Source: Haliotis cracherodii (taxonomy: Eukaryota). Taken from it: 64,000 nt of DNA. Every line of letters starts with the position of its first letter. Positions within the stretch are counted from its first letter, which is position 1. Shown here one piece after another: positions 1 through 9,293 of the stretch. The stretch covers positions 27,094,001 through 27,158,000 of the forward strand of contig NW_027266267.1 of the NCBI RefSeq assembly GCF_022045235.1, given 5' to 3'. Made by a program: the position numbers and the translations under genes. Below the pieces are notes generated by a model. The model did not search any database. It saw only the letters and a list, made by a program, of their open reading frames with translations, and was not told the origin of the DNA.

Positions 1-169
1 GAGGTGAACTCGTTGTCTATAGATCGCCACTCCCATGTCCACAGGTTCTGGAGATTGTTCACATAAAACTGGTTCCCGATCCTCCCAGTGCATCTGAATG
101 AGATCAGCTGACCACTGTCATAACTGACTCTGTCGGGAGTTGGGAACATCTCTATTTGCTCTGGGTAAG
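1..169 (-). CDS. Ig-receptor gene copy A, coding exon 3 (second Ig domain), truncated by window edge
   Basis: Acceptor ttacag| at 170-171. Reads TYPEQIEMFPTPDRVSYDSGQLISFRCTGRIGNQFYVNNLQNLWTWEWRSIDNEFT, nearly identical to the 360-nt exons at 33946-34305 and 44948-45307. Confidence 0.85.
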
Positions 170-276
170 CTGTAAGGAAAATACAATATATGTGTATATA
201 AAAACAAGAACTATCTTGTTGTCATTTTAGTCTTCCTGGATGGTGGGGATGGGGGTGGGTAGGGTGGATGGGTTAT

Positions 277-286
277 TGTGTGTTTG

Positions 287-343
<57 letters not shown>

Positions 344-358
344 GGGGGGGGGGGGGGA
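277..358. repeat. (GT)n microsatellite followed by poly-G
   Basis: Directly visible. Confidence 0.95.
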
Positions 359-360
359 GT

Positions 361-590
361 CATGGGTCATGGGTCGTCTAAGGCAGAGTTGCATCCCTTG
401 CACCTATAATTGAGGGTTCGAATCCCAGTTCGCCCTGATTATGTTTCTAGGTTTGTCAGTACCATATCTGTGTTCGTGTGTTTTACCAAAGTGGTATCAC
501 TTCGGGCTTTCCTCCCACATTAAGCTGACACGCCACGATATAACTAGAATACTTTGGAAAGCGGCGTTAAACCCAACTCAGTCGTTCTCT
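361..590 (+). mobile_element. tRNA-derived SINE (Leu-like head family), internally deleted copy
   Basis: GTCGTCTAAGG A-box-like and GGTTCGAATCCC B-box; body matches 29827-30102. Present at the same intronic position in copies B (34416) and C (45439), so it predates the duplication. Confidence 0.75.
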
Positions 591-593
591 CAT

Positions 594-845
594 TGCCTCC
601 CATTGTCTACATTCGAGACTGTATGAAGCAGTGCTGTTTGTTTGTTGACGCCCCTGTGTACTGACATGCCCCTGAGACAGACACGGGAGGAGGATGGTCG
701 AAGGTGATGTTTTGGTTGTTGGGATATCGTGTCCAGGAGGTGAACTCGTTGTATATGTCCGTCACTCCCATGTCCACAGGTTCTGGAGATTGTTTTTATC
801 GAACGGGTTTTGAAACCTGCCTGTACATCTGAATGAGATCATCTA
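594..845 (-). pseudogene. Degenerate intronic duplicate of Ig exon 3 (pseudo-exon), copy A
   Basis: Aligns to exon 3 (QNLWTWE, TSWTRYP, LLHTVSN) with indels; its acceptor end is replaced by the minisatellite. Confidence 0.8.
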
Positions 846-2204
846 TACACCTGAATGGACACCTGCCTCTATACCTGAATGAGATCATCTATACACCTGA
901 ATGTACACCTGCCTCTATACCTGAATGAGATCATCTGTACACCTGAATGAGATCATCTGTACACCTGAATGAGATCATCTGTACACCTGAATGTACACCT
1001 GCCTGTACACCTGAAAAAGATCATCTGTAACCTGAACGAGATCATCTGTACACCTGAATGTACACCTGAATGAGATCATCTGTACACCTGAATGTACACT
1101 TGAATGAGATCATCTAGATCTGTACACCTGACTGTACACCTGCCTGTACACCTGAATGACATCATATGTACACCTGAATCTACACCTGCCGGTACACCTG
1201 AATCTACACCTGAATGAGATCATCTGTACAACTAAATGTACACCTGCTTGTACACCTGAAAGAGATCATCTGTACACCTAAATGTACACCTGCCTGTACA
1301 CCTGAAAGAGATCATCTGTACACCTGAATGTACACCTGCCGGTACACCTGAATGAGATCGCCTGTACACCTGAATGGGATCATCTGAACACCTGAATGAT
1401 ATCATCTGTACACCTGAATGTACACCTGAATGAGATCATCTGTACACCTGAATGAGATCACCTGTACACCTGAATAAGATCATCTGTACACCTGAACGAG
1501 ATCATCTGTACACCTGAATGTACACTTGAATGAGATCATCAAGATCTGTACACCTGTATGTACACCTGCCTGTACACCTGAATGATATCATATGTACACC
1601 TGAATCTACACCTGCCAGTACACCTGAATCTACACCTGAATGAGATCATCTGTACACCTGAATGTACATCTGCCTGTACACCTGAAAGAGATCATCTGTA
1701 CACCTGAATGTACACCTGCCGGTACACCTGAATGAGATTGCCTGTACACCTGAATTGGATCATCTGAACACCTGAATGATATCATCTGTACACCTGAATC
1801 TACAGCTAAATGAGCTCATCTGTACACCTGAATGTACACCTGAATGAGATCATCTGTACACCTGAATGTACACCTGAATGAGATCATTTGTACACCTGAA
1901 TGTACACTTGAATGTACACCTGAATGAGATCATCTGTACACCCGAATGTACACTTGAATGAGATCATTTGTAGACCTGAATGTACACCTGAATGAGATCA
2001 GCTGTACACCTGAATATACACCTGAATGAGATCATATGTACACCTGAATGTACACCTGCCTGTACACCTGAATGAGATCATCTGTACACCTGAATGTACA
2101 CCTACCTGTACACCTGAAGGAGATCATCTGTACACCTGATATATCTACACCTGAATGTACACCTGCCTGTACACCTGAATGAGATCATCTGTACACCTGA
2201 ATGA
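816..2204. repeat. Complex minisatellite built from TACACCTGAATGAGATCATCTG / TACACCTGAATG / TACACCTGCCTG units
   Basis: Directly visible 22- and 12-bp units; shorter homologous arrays at about 34936-35310 and 45876-46158. Confidence 0.95.
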
Positions 2205-2350
2205 ACAAGTGAATCTGAACAACTGACCGTCATCCTAACTGATCCTGACGGGAGAAGGGAACATCTCTAAGATGGATAAGGTGAGATATATGATAGTAAC
2301 AATGCATGTGAGCATTCTGGACGATAAGCAGTTTATAAAAGAGGCTATAC

Positions 2351-2734
2351 TTCTAGCTGTGATGTTGGTGGTTGTCTCATCATTTCCAGGTGATCCCGCC
2401 AAGTATTGGGTGGAGCAATAGTATTTAGAAGCAGCATCAGTACATCTCAGATCTGTCAGGGTGAACTGTATACTGCCTGTTGCTCCAGTACTAGAACCTG
2501 AGGTTGTCATCCGCTGTTGTAGGCCTGTGTCCACTACTTGTACTGACGAATCTGTGTTGCCCATTCGTATTATAGGCTGATTAGAACCAGTAGAAGATCT
2601 CTTGCCAATCTCCATGTTAAACACTTGTGTTATTCCAGGTACATCTGGACTACAACTTACAGTCAGCTGAGATGTTGGGTTACTTCCCCCAATAGTTATT
2701 TGTGTTGGTAATGTAGTCAGTCTTGCCCCTGTGA
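2351..2734 (-). CDS. Ig-receptor gene copy A, coding exon 2 (V-like Ig domain)
   Basis: 384 nt, AG/GT flanked, phase 1-1. LTVSC ... QFTLTDLRCTDAASKYYC; includes ORF 2235-2624. Confidence 0.85.
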
Positions 2735-3243
2735 CTGGAACAGAAAGAAAAAACTTGTGTTCATGTCAGTGAGAGATGCACAAGTCGAAAATTCAAAAAA
2801 ATGTCAGGTTATTCTGTCATGTAAAACATCTGATGTGAAACATATATAGCATTGTATTATTAACGCACAGTCAAAGCCCATTCAGAAGCATATGGCTCTT
2901 CTTGTAGTAAATACAGGCTTGCCCCTGTGACTGAGAAAGAAAAAACTTGCATTAGTCGACAATTCAACAACATGTCTGATGTGAAAACAATATAACATTG
3001 TAACTACCACTGTACAGTGGAAGACACTTTAAAAATACATGACTTTTCCTATAGTCACTAATATGTCGCACATTCTAGGCAGCACATGTCACTATTTGAG
3101 GGCCTGCAGTTATAATGGCTGATTCTGCATACCTTGCAAGTACCTTGTTTCAGAACAAGTTGATGTGATGAGAATATGATTTACAGTGAACATTACTAAT
3201 AAGCTGATAACTGTTTATATGCCAGCACCAATTGTGTACTCAC

Positions 3244-3298
3244 TTCCAGGGAGAAAGGTAATGAAAATCAGACGACAAAAGGGATGACAAGGCTTCAT
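3244..3298 (-). CDS. Ig-receptor gene copy A, signal-peptide exon
   Basis: MKPCHPFCRLIFITFLPG then A|GTGAGT donor; 55 nt, same length in all three copies. Confidence 0.75.
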
Positions 3299-4637
3299 GC
3301 TTCTTTCTCCAAAAAGTGAATTCCCGTTCCTGAAACATGTTAAGGAATGTCGGAACAAAAGATTTAATTATACCTTTGGTTTATTTACAGAAATTATCTG
3401 TCGAGCTGATGATAGTTTTAGTTTTAAAAAAGTAACCCCTTCCCTTCCCCCAAAATGAAAACAATCAATCACATCTCGCAATTGACGTTAAACACACCAT
3501 GTCAAAGTGAACAACACTCCCCTGATTGGTGAGATGGAGATTACCCAGGAATGTTTATATGCTGTGGATGATAATTTTTTCAAAGGAGAAGTTTGGTTTT
3601 GGTGGAAACCGAGCTTTTGGCTGATATGAATAACCCAATCTGAACCAATTTTTGTAACACACAGGCGAATCAAAATGTTCTTCAAACGAACTCTGCTTAG
3701 CCTTCATGGAAACAAACCAACGTAAATGTCATCACGCAGCCTATCAACTGGATGTGTTAGTCACCAATCATTACAATTATGGACAGAATCGAGGTTTGCG
3801 TCGATACTGCCGTACGTGCTGTTTTTGATGTATCTGACTTTGTCCATATTAGCATAGATAGTCACCTTTCTTTTAGAACTGTGGATTCAAATGTCACACC
3901 TGTGTCTTGAAAGCTATAACACTTACACCTGTACATGCGAACCCGACCACGGACTTGAATCCCAGTCGAAACGATTTACTTCCTTGTTGATTGTGTTATC
4001 GTGTATATATTTGTCCCAATTCGTTGAAAATTCCTTACCTTATTTTTAATACAAATTATCAAAACTACAGCTTATATTATAATAAAATATTCCCAACTTA
4101 ATCTTATATACCTGTATATCCAAATTCCTGTACATTTAAAATTAGCTACCTTTATTATTCTACTTCTATTTCATTTTTTATTATTTTACTTTCCATATGT
4201 TTTATATGAACTTAATATTACTTGATACATGTTATCCAGGCTTTTTCATGTGACATCCTACTTACATAAACAATAAGCCGTCCAAATTCATACCCATAGG
4301 CACAAAATCAACATGCCCATTGTCCAAACGTAATCCCCTGCTATTTTAATTCTATACCCGTCAACGTCTGCTAGTGAGCGAAGCTCAATCACTGTCAGTG
4401 TCTACCTACCCGTCACCTCTAATTATCCCCCTTAGGCAAAGGATTACCGCAAAGCAAACATTATACCGAATGCATTTTTTTAGAAGTAATCCCCTTATTG
4501 TTAATGTCAACAGTAGATTAGTAAACTTGGGAAATCAGTCAGTCATTACAAGCCTTAGGTCAGAAATTCTTATCCAATCAAAATTGGCGTTACATACTTT
4601 GGACCAATAACAGTAAAGGCGCAGTTCCAGCTCCAAC

Positions 4638-4646
4638 TATATAAAA
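4638..4646 (+). promoter_or_regulatory. TATA box of the solo LTR
   Basis: TATATAAAA preceded by CCAAT motifs near 4574 and 4605. In the reconstructed LTR an Inr-like TCA follows about 31 nt later. Confidence 0.65.
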
Positions 4647-4667
4647 CCATGCAGATGCCCCTTTGTC

Positions 4668-4952
4668 AATCTAGACGAAAACGATTTCGAAACTGAAGAT
4701 GACGTAAACGAAATTACTCGATCAGCCCCTAAAAAACTCAAAAACCGCAAACGCAAAAATCAACCCCAACCACAACCCCCCATAACTTCCAAACTAAACA
4801 ACATCACAATCTTACTGGCCTATATGCTCAAACAAATCAAACCTGAGGCTAGCTCCAAAAATCTTCACAAAGTAGCCCTAAACCTAAAACTCACCACTCA
4901 AAGTTACAATGAGTTCCTAATAAACTACTCAACAGCAACCGCAGGACTATAG
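4668..4952 (+). pseudogene. ORF1 C-terminal remnant of LINE copy 1
   Basis: Open frame ...SAPKKLK...LNNITILLAYMLKQIKPEASSKNLHKVALNLKLT...*, matching the end of ORF1 at 20165-21790. Confidence 0.8.
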
Positions 4953-7900
4953 ACAATCCAAACAACCATTAAAACCATAATCTCCAAACACTAAAAACCC
5001 AAATAATGACAGGCCTAAATATCTTTCAGTGGAATGCGGACGGGCTTAACTCCCACAGCCACGAATTAAAAGCTAGATTTAAACTAAAACAAGGACCACA
5101 TATAGCGTGCATCCAGGAAACTAAATTCTCCAATAAATCCAAATTCTACCTACCAAACTATAACATAGTCAGACAAGATCGACCTAAATCCAAAACAACT
5201 AGAGCATCGGGTGGCCTCCTAATACTTATTAGAGAAGATATAAGCTACGAGCAAATCCAAGTAAATACCCCAAACCTAGAAGCCAATGGTATCCAAATCA
5301 CCCTAAAAAACCAAAAAATAAACATCATAAACATCTACCACTGGCAACAACAGAAAATCCAACCAGAGGATCTAAACATACTCCAAAAGTTAGGCAACAA
5401 ATCTACCATTTTCCTAGGAGATTTCAACGCCCACCACCCCTCCTGGGGCACGGGGGATAAACTAGATAACCACGGCAAACTAATATCAGAATGGATAGAA
5501 GCTAACGATCTAGTACTTCTAAATAACAACCGTCCCACCAGATACGATAAAAGCAATAGAGACATGTCGGCTATCGACCTAACCATATGTACAGCAGACC
5601 TAGCTCAAAGTACCCAATGGGAAGTTCACGACGCCCCCTTAGGAAGTGATCACTTCCCCATAAACATAACCGTAGGAAACACTAACGTCCCAAACCAAAC
5701 CGAAAGTTCAGAACCCAAATTTAACTATAACCAGGCTAACTGGGATAAATTCCAAAATATCTGCAACCAAGCTAACCTACTAGAACTAGAGAATAGTGAC
5801 CCAGAAATATACTGCCAAAACCTAACGGACTTCATAGTAAACGCAGCCAAAAGCGCAATCCCCTTCAATAAACCCAATAAATCGGGTAGGCCCTCTGTAC
5901 CCTGGTGGAACGAGGAAATAGAATTAACTAGACAAAAACGTAAAACAGCCTTCAACAAAGCCAAACGCGACCATAACCACATACCAGTAGCTCACCAACT
6001 AAACCACCAGGTACAAAAACTAGTTAAAATAGCTAAAACTAGAGACTGGAAAAAATTCTGTGAGGGACTAAACAACCGCACAGATGCCAGAACGGTCTGG
6101 CGTAAAATTCACGCCGTTAGAGGCCTAAAACGTCACAAAAAGACACCTAACATAAACAACTCAACAACCCCTAGCGAAAAAGCAGACAACCTAGCAAACC
6201 ACTTCTCGGCCACAAGCAGTAATAACAATTTCAGTGATAAGTTTCAACTAAAACTCAAAACAGAAACCAAACCTACCCAAGAACCAAATAATGATGCCCT
6301 AGAAATAAATCAACCGTACACAATAGAAGAACTCAACTATGTACTTCAAAACAGGAAAAAGGGAACAGCCCCAGGACTAGACCTAACCTCCTACCAAATA
6401 ATTAAAAAACTTCCTCTCAAACTACTTCAGACACTACTTAAACTATATAATCTAATCTATCAAAAAGGTCATGTACCAACCCCCTGGAAAGAGGCACTAA
6501 TCATACCCATCCCTAAACCCGGTAAACCAACCAACCAAGCTAACTCTTATAGACCAATCTCTCTTACCTCCAACCTATGCAAAGTAATGGAATCCATGGC
6601 CAAAAATAGACTTCAACACTATTTATCCCAAAATAACATAATAAACTCAGATCAAAGCGGTTTCACTCCTGGTCGCTCAACCTTAGATAACCTAGCCCGT
6701 CTCGAACAGGATATTAAAACCGGCCAACTAAATAAACAATACACTACAGGCATCTTTCTGGACTTCTCTAAAGCATTTGATATGGTATGGCACAACGGGC
6801 TAATCCAAAAACTTAAAAAAATAGGACTTAAAGGTCAAATCGTAAACTACATCCAAAGCTTCCTCCAAAACCGCAAAATTACAGTGGGTATAGACCAGGC
6901 CTTGTCGGAGCAGTGTCCCCTAGAAAACGGCACCCCACAAGGCAGCATTCTTAGCCCCACACTTTTTAACATTATGATAAACGATCTCTTTGATGGCTTA
7001 TCCCCTAAAATAAACACTTCCAAATTTGCTGACGACGGCGCCCTCTGGATCCGGTCCAAAAGCATCCTAACATCCCAGGACTTACTCCAAAAATCCCTAA
7101 ACAAAATTCAACAATGGGCAGATAAATGGGGCTTCTCCCTCAACTCAGAAAAAACCACAGGAATAGTATTTAAACATAAAAGTATGAGAAAGACCACCCC
7201 AAATCTCAAACTAAACAACAAACCAATCCAGTTCCAAAAACAAACCAAATTCCTAGGCCTAATCTTCGACGAACATCTCTCCTGGGATGCCCACGTCGCA
7301 AACCTAATTACCAAATGTAGCAAAGACCTAAACACACTAAGATGTTTAACCGGCTCCAACTGGGGTGCCTCCAAAGATACTCTCCTCAGCCTCTATACAT
7401 CCCTAATCAGATCCAAATTAGACTATGGCTGCGCCATATACGACACCTTAAACAAAAGCTTAGCCCAAAAACTAGACTCAATACAGTACCAAGCTCTAAA
7501 ACTAGTCACACGTACTCAACAAGGCACCTCCCTCACTTCACTTCAGGCCTTAACAGGAGAAATGCCACTAAATCTTCGTAGACAATATCTAACACTAAAT
7601 TTCTGGGCAGCGGCCCAATCAAATCCTCTCCTCCAAAACCTACTAGATCAAAATATCCGTCCCCAAAACCAGGCTCTAACCAGGAAACACCCCCTCCTCA
7701 CACCGATATCCCAACGAATACTAAACTACCGTAACGAACACCAAATAGGAAACCTAAAACAAAACTGCAAAAACTCCAATGTATTCACCCCTAAACTCAA
7801 AATTCCAAAAATAGACACATCACTAGCAAACAAAATCAACAAACAAACAGATCCAAATATAGCTAAATCCACCTCACTAGCTTACATACATCAAAACTGG

Positions 7901-9026
7901 CCAAATTGGTGTCACATATATACAGACGGATCCGCTGATCCGATCACAAATCATACAGGTTTCGGAGTCCACATAGCCCAACCAACCAGAAATACGCAAT
8001 CCTACCAACTCCCAAACAACCAATCCATATTCACTGCAGAGCTCATGGGTATGGTCACAGCCCTCCATAACCAGCACACTAAAAACCAAAAAAAAATCCT
8101 AATACTTACAGACTCGCTAAGTGGACTACAGGCCCTCCAAAGCAAAAACACCAAAAATCGACCCAAATTAATTAACCAAATCCTAAAAAGTATAAATAAC
8201 CTAAGAGAGGTAGGCAAGGAAATAGTACTTATATGGATCCCAGCCCACGTAGGAATATACGGGAACGAAAACGCTGACCTAGCCGGTAAAAAATCACTTA
8301 AAATCCCGGAAATTAGCCTAAAGCTACCAATATCCAAAGCAGAGATCAAAAGTATCAACAAACGCAAAATCTCCCAAAAATGGCATAACCTCTATCAAAA
8401 CACAAACACCCAAATCATTAAAATCCTCAATAAACCCCTTCCCAAACCAAAAATCCTCCACCCCTCCAAAAAAATCGACAGGATAATCACCAAACTCCAA
8501 ACAGGTCACACCAAACTAAATAGCCATCTCCAAAAACTTAAAAAACACGCAAACGGGAAGTGCCCACATTGCAAACATTCAGAAACAATAGAACACGCCC
8601 TCCTACACTGCACCCACTACAACACCCACAGAACAACACTTAAAACCAAACTGAAAATAAATACAGCTCTTACCTTAGAAGCATTACTAAACCCCCTAAA
8701 TAACCCAGAAATATTCAAAACCCTAGGCATATACCTAACTAAAACGGACCTCATCAACCGAATCTAAACATAACCAATTAATAAACACTAGCATGTAATA
8801 CACCAACCCACCCCTACACACTCCCTTAGTCCTAACCACACCCCCAAGGCATATATTCCAAATTTCAAAATTTTCAAAAATTTATTTAAGCAACCTCTAA
8901 AAACCCCACTCAGGTTGCACACCTCTCGTTCCGCCTAGAACCTCACTAAATGGCCCGACCGGGCCCGTGTGCGAAATACGCTTCAGTCGGAAAGCGCACG
9001 TAAAATCTCCTAATATAAGTAAGTAA
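4669..9026 (+). mobile_element. Non-LTR retrotransposon copy 1 (I/Nimb-type), 5'-truncated, intact ORF2
   Basis: ORF1 C-terminal remnant, full ORF2, structured 3' UTR and (TAAG)n tail. Flanked by the direct repeat CCCTTTGTCA at 4659-4668 and 9027-9036. Confidence 0.9.
5006..8767 (+). CDS. LINE ORF2: APE endonuclease, reverse transcriptase, RNase H, C-terminal CCHC (1253 aa)
   Basis: QWNADGL, CIQETK, GDFNAHH, SDHFPI (APE); YRPISLTS, LDFSKAFD, GTPQGSILSP, FADD (RT); IYTDGS, AEL, TDSLS, WIPAHVGIYGNENAD (RNase H); CPHC-x7-H-x4-C. Confidence 0.95.
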   Translation: MTGLNIFQWNADGLNSHSHELKARFKLKQGPHIACIQETKFSNKSKFYLPNYNIVRQDRPKSKTTRASGGLLILIREDISYEQIQVNTPNLEANGIQITLKNQKINIINIYHWQQQKIQPEDLNILQKLGNKSTIFLGDFNAHHPSWGTGDKLDNHGKLISEWIEANDLVLLNNNRPTRYDKSNRDMSAIDLTICTADLAQSTQWEVHDAPLGSDHFPINITVGNTNVPNQTESSEPKFNYNQANWDKFQNICNQANLLELENSDPEIYCQNLTDFIVNAAKSAIPFNKPNKSGRPSVPWWNEEIELTRQKRKTAFNKAKRDHNHIPVAHQLNHQVQKLVKIAKTRDWKKFCEGLNNRTDARTVWRKIHAVRGLKRHKKTPNINNSTTPSEKADNLANHFSATSSNNNFSDKFQLKLKTETKPTQEPNNDALEINQPYTIEELNYVLQNRKKGTAPGLDLTSYQIIKKLPLKLLQTLLKLYNLIYQKGHVPTPWKEALIIPIPKPGKPTNQANSYRPISLTSNLCKVMESMAKNRLQHYLSQNNIINSDQSGFTPGRSTLDNLARLEQDIKTGQLNKQYTTGIFLDFSKAFDMVWHNGLIQKLKKIGLKGQIVNYIQSFLQNRKITVGIDQALSEQCPLENGTPQGSILSPTLFNIMINDLFDGLSPKINTSKFADDGALWIRSKSILTSQDLLQKSLNKIQQWADKWGFSLNSEKTTGIVFKHKSMRKTTPNLKLNNKPIQFQKQTKFLGLIFDEHLSWDAHVANLITKCSKDLNTLRCLTGSNWGASKDTLLSLYTSLIRSKLDYGCAIYDTLNKSLAQKLDSIQYQALKLVTRTQQGTSLTSLQALTGEMPLNLRRQYLTLNFWAAAQSNPLLQNLLDQNIRPQNQALTRKHPLLTPISQRILNYRNEHQIGNLKQNCKNSNVFTPKLKIPKIDTSLANKINKQTDPNIAKSTSLAYIHQNWPNWCHIYTDGSADPITNHTGFGVHIAQPTRNTQSYQLPNNQSIFTAELMGMVTALHNQHTKNQKKILILTDSLSGLQALQSKNTKNRPKLINQILKSINNLREVGKEIVLIWIPAHVGIYGNENADLAGKKSLKIPEISLKLPISKAEIKSINKRKISQKWHNLYQNTNTQIIKILNKPLPKPKILHPSKKIDRIITKLQTGHTKLNSHLQKLKKHANGKCPHCKHSETIEHALLHCTHYNTHRTTLKTKLKINTALTLEALLNPLNNPEIFKTLGIYLTKTDLINRI

Positions 9027-9033
9027 CCCTTTG

Positions 9034-9246
9034 TCAGCCCCAAAAACCAAAAGCTATAGAAAAAAACTCACCCAAAACGTAGCAAGCAAAAATCTAAACA
9101 ACTTAGTCCTCCTACTAGCTTACGTGTTAAAGCAGTCTAATCCAGAAGCCAGCTCCAAAGCCTTCTTTGGTGTAGCACATAAACTAAAACTCGTCACCAC
9201 CTCTTTCGACCGTTTCAGCAGCAACCTTAATAACCTACTAAAGTAA
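9034..9246 (+). pseudogene. ORF1 C-terminal remnant of LINE copy 2
   Basis: SAPKTKSYRKK...NLNNLVLLLAYVLKQSNPEASSKAFFGVAHKLKLVT, homologous to the ORF1 ends of copies 1 and 3. Confidence 0.8.
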
Positions 9247-9293
9247 ATACCTAAACCAAGCCTAAACCAAACATAAATCCACCCAGTTTCCCA

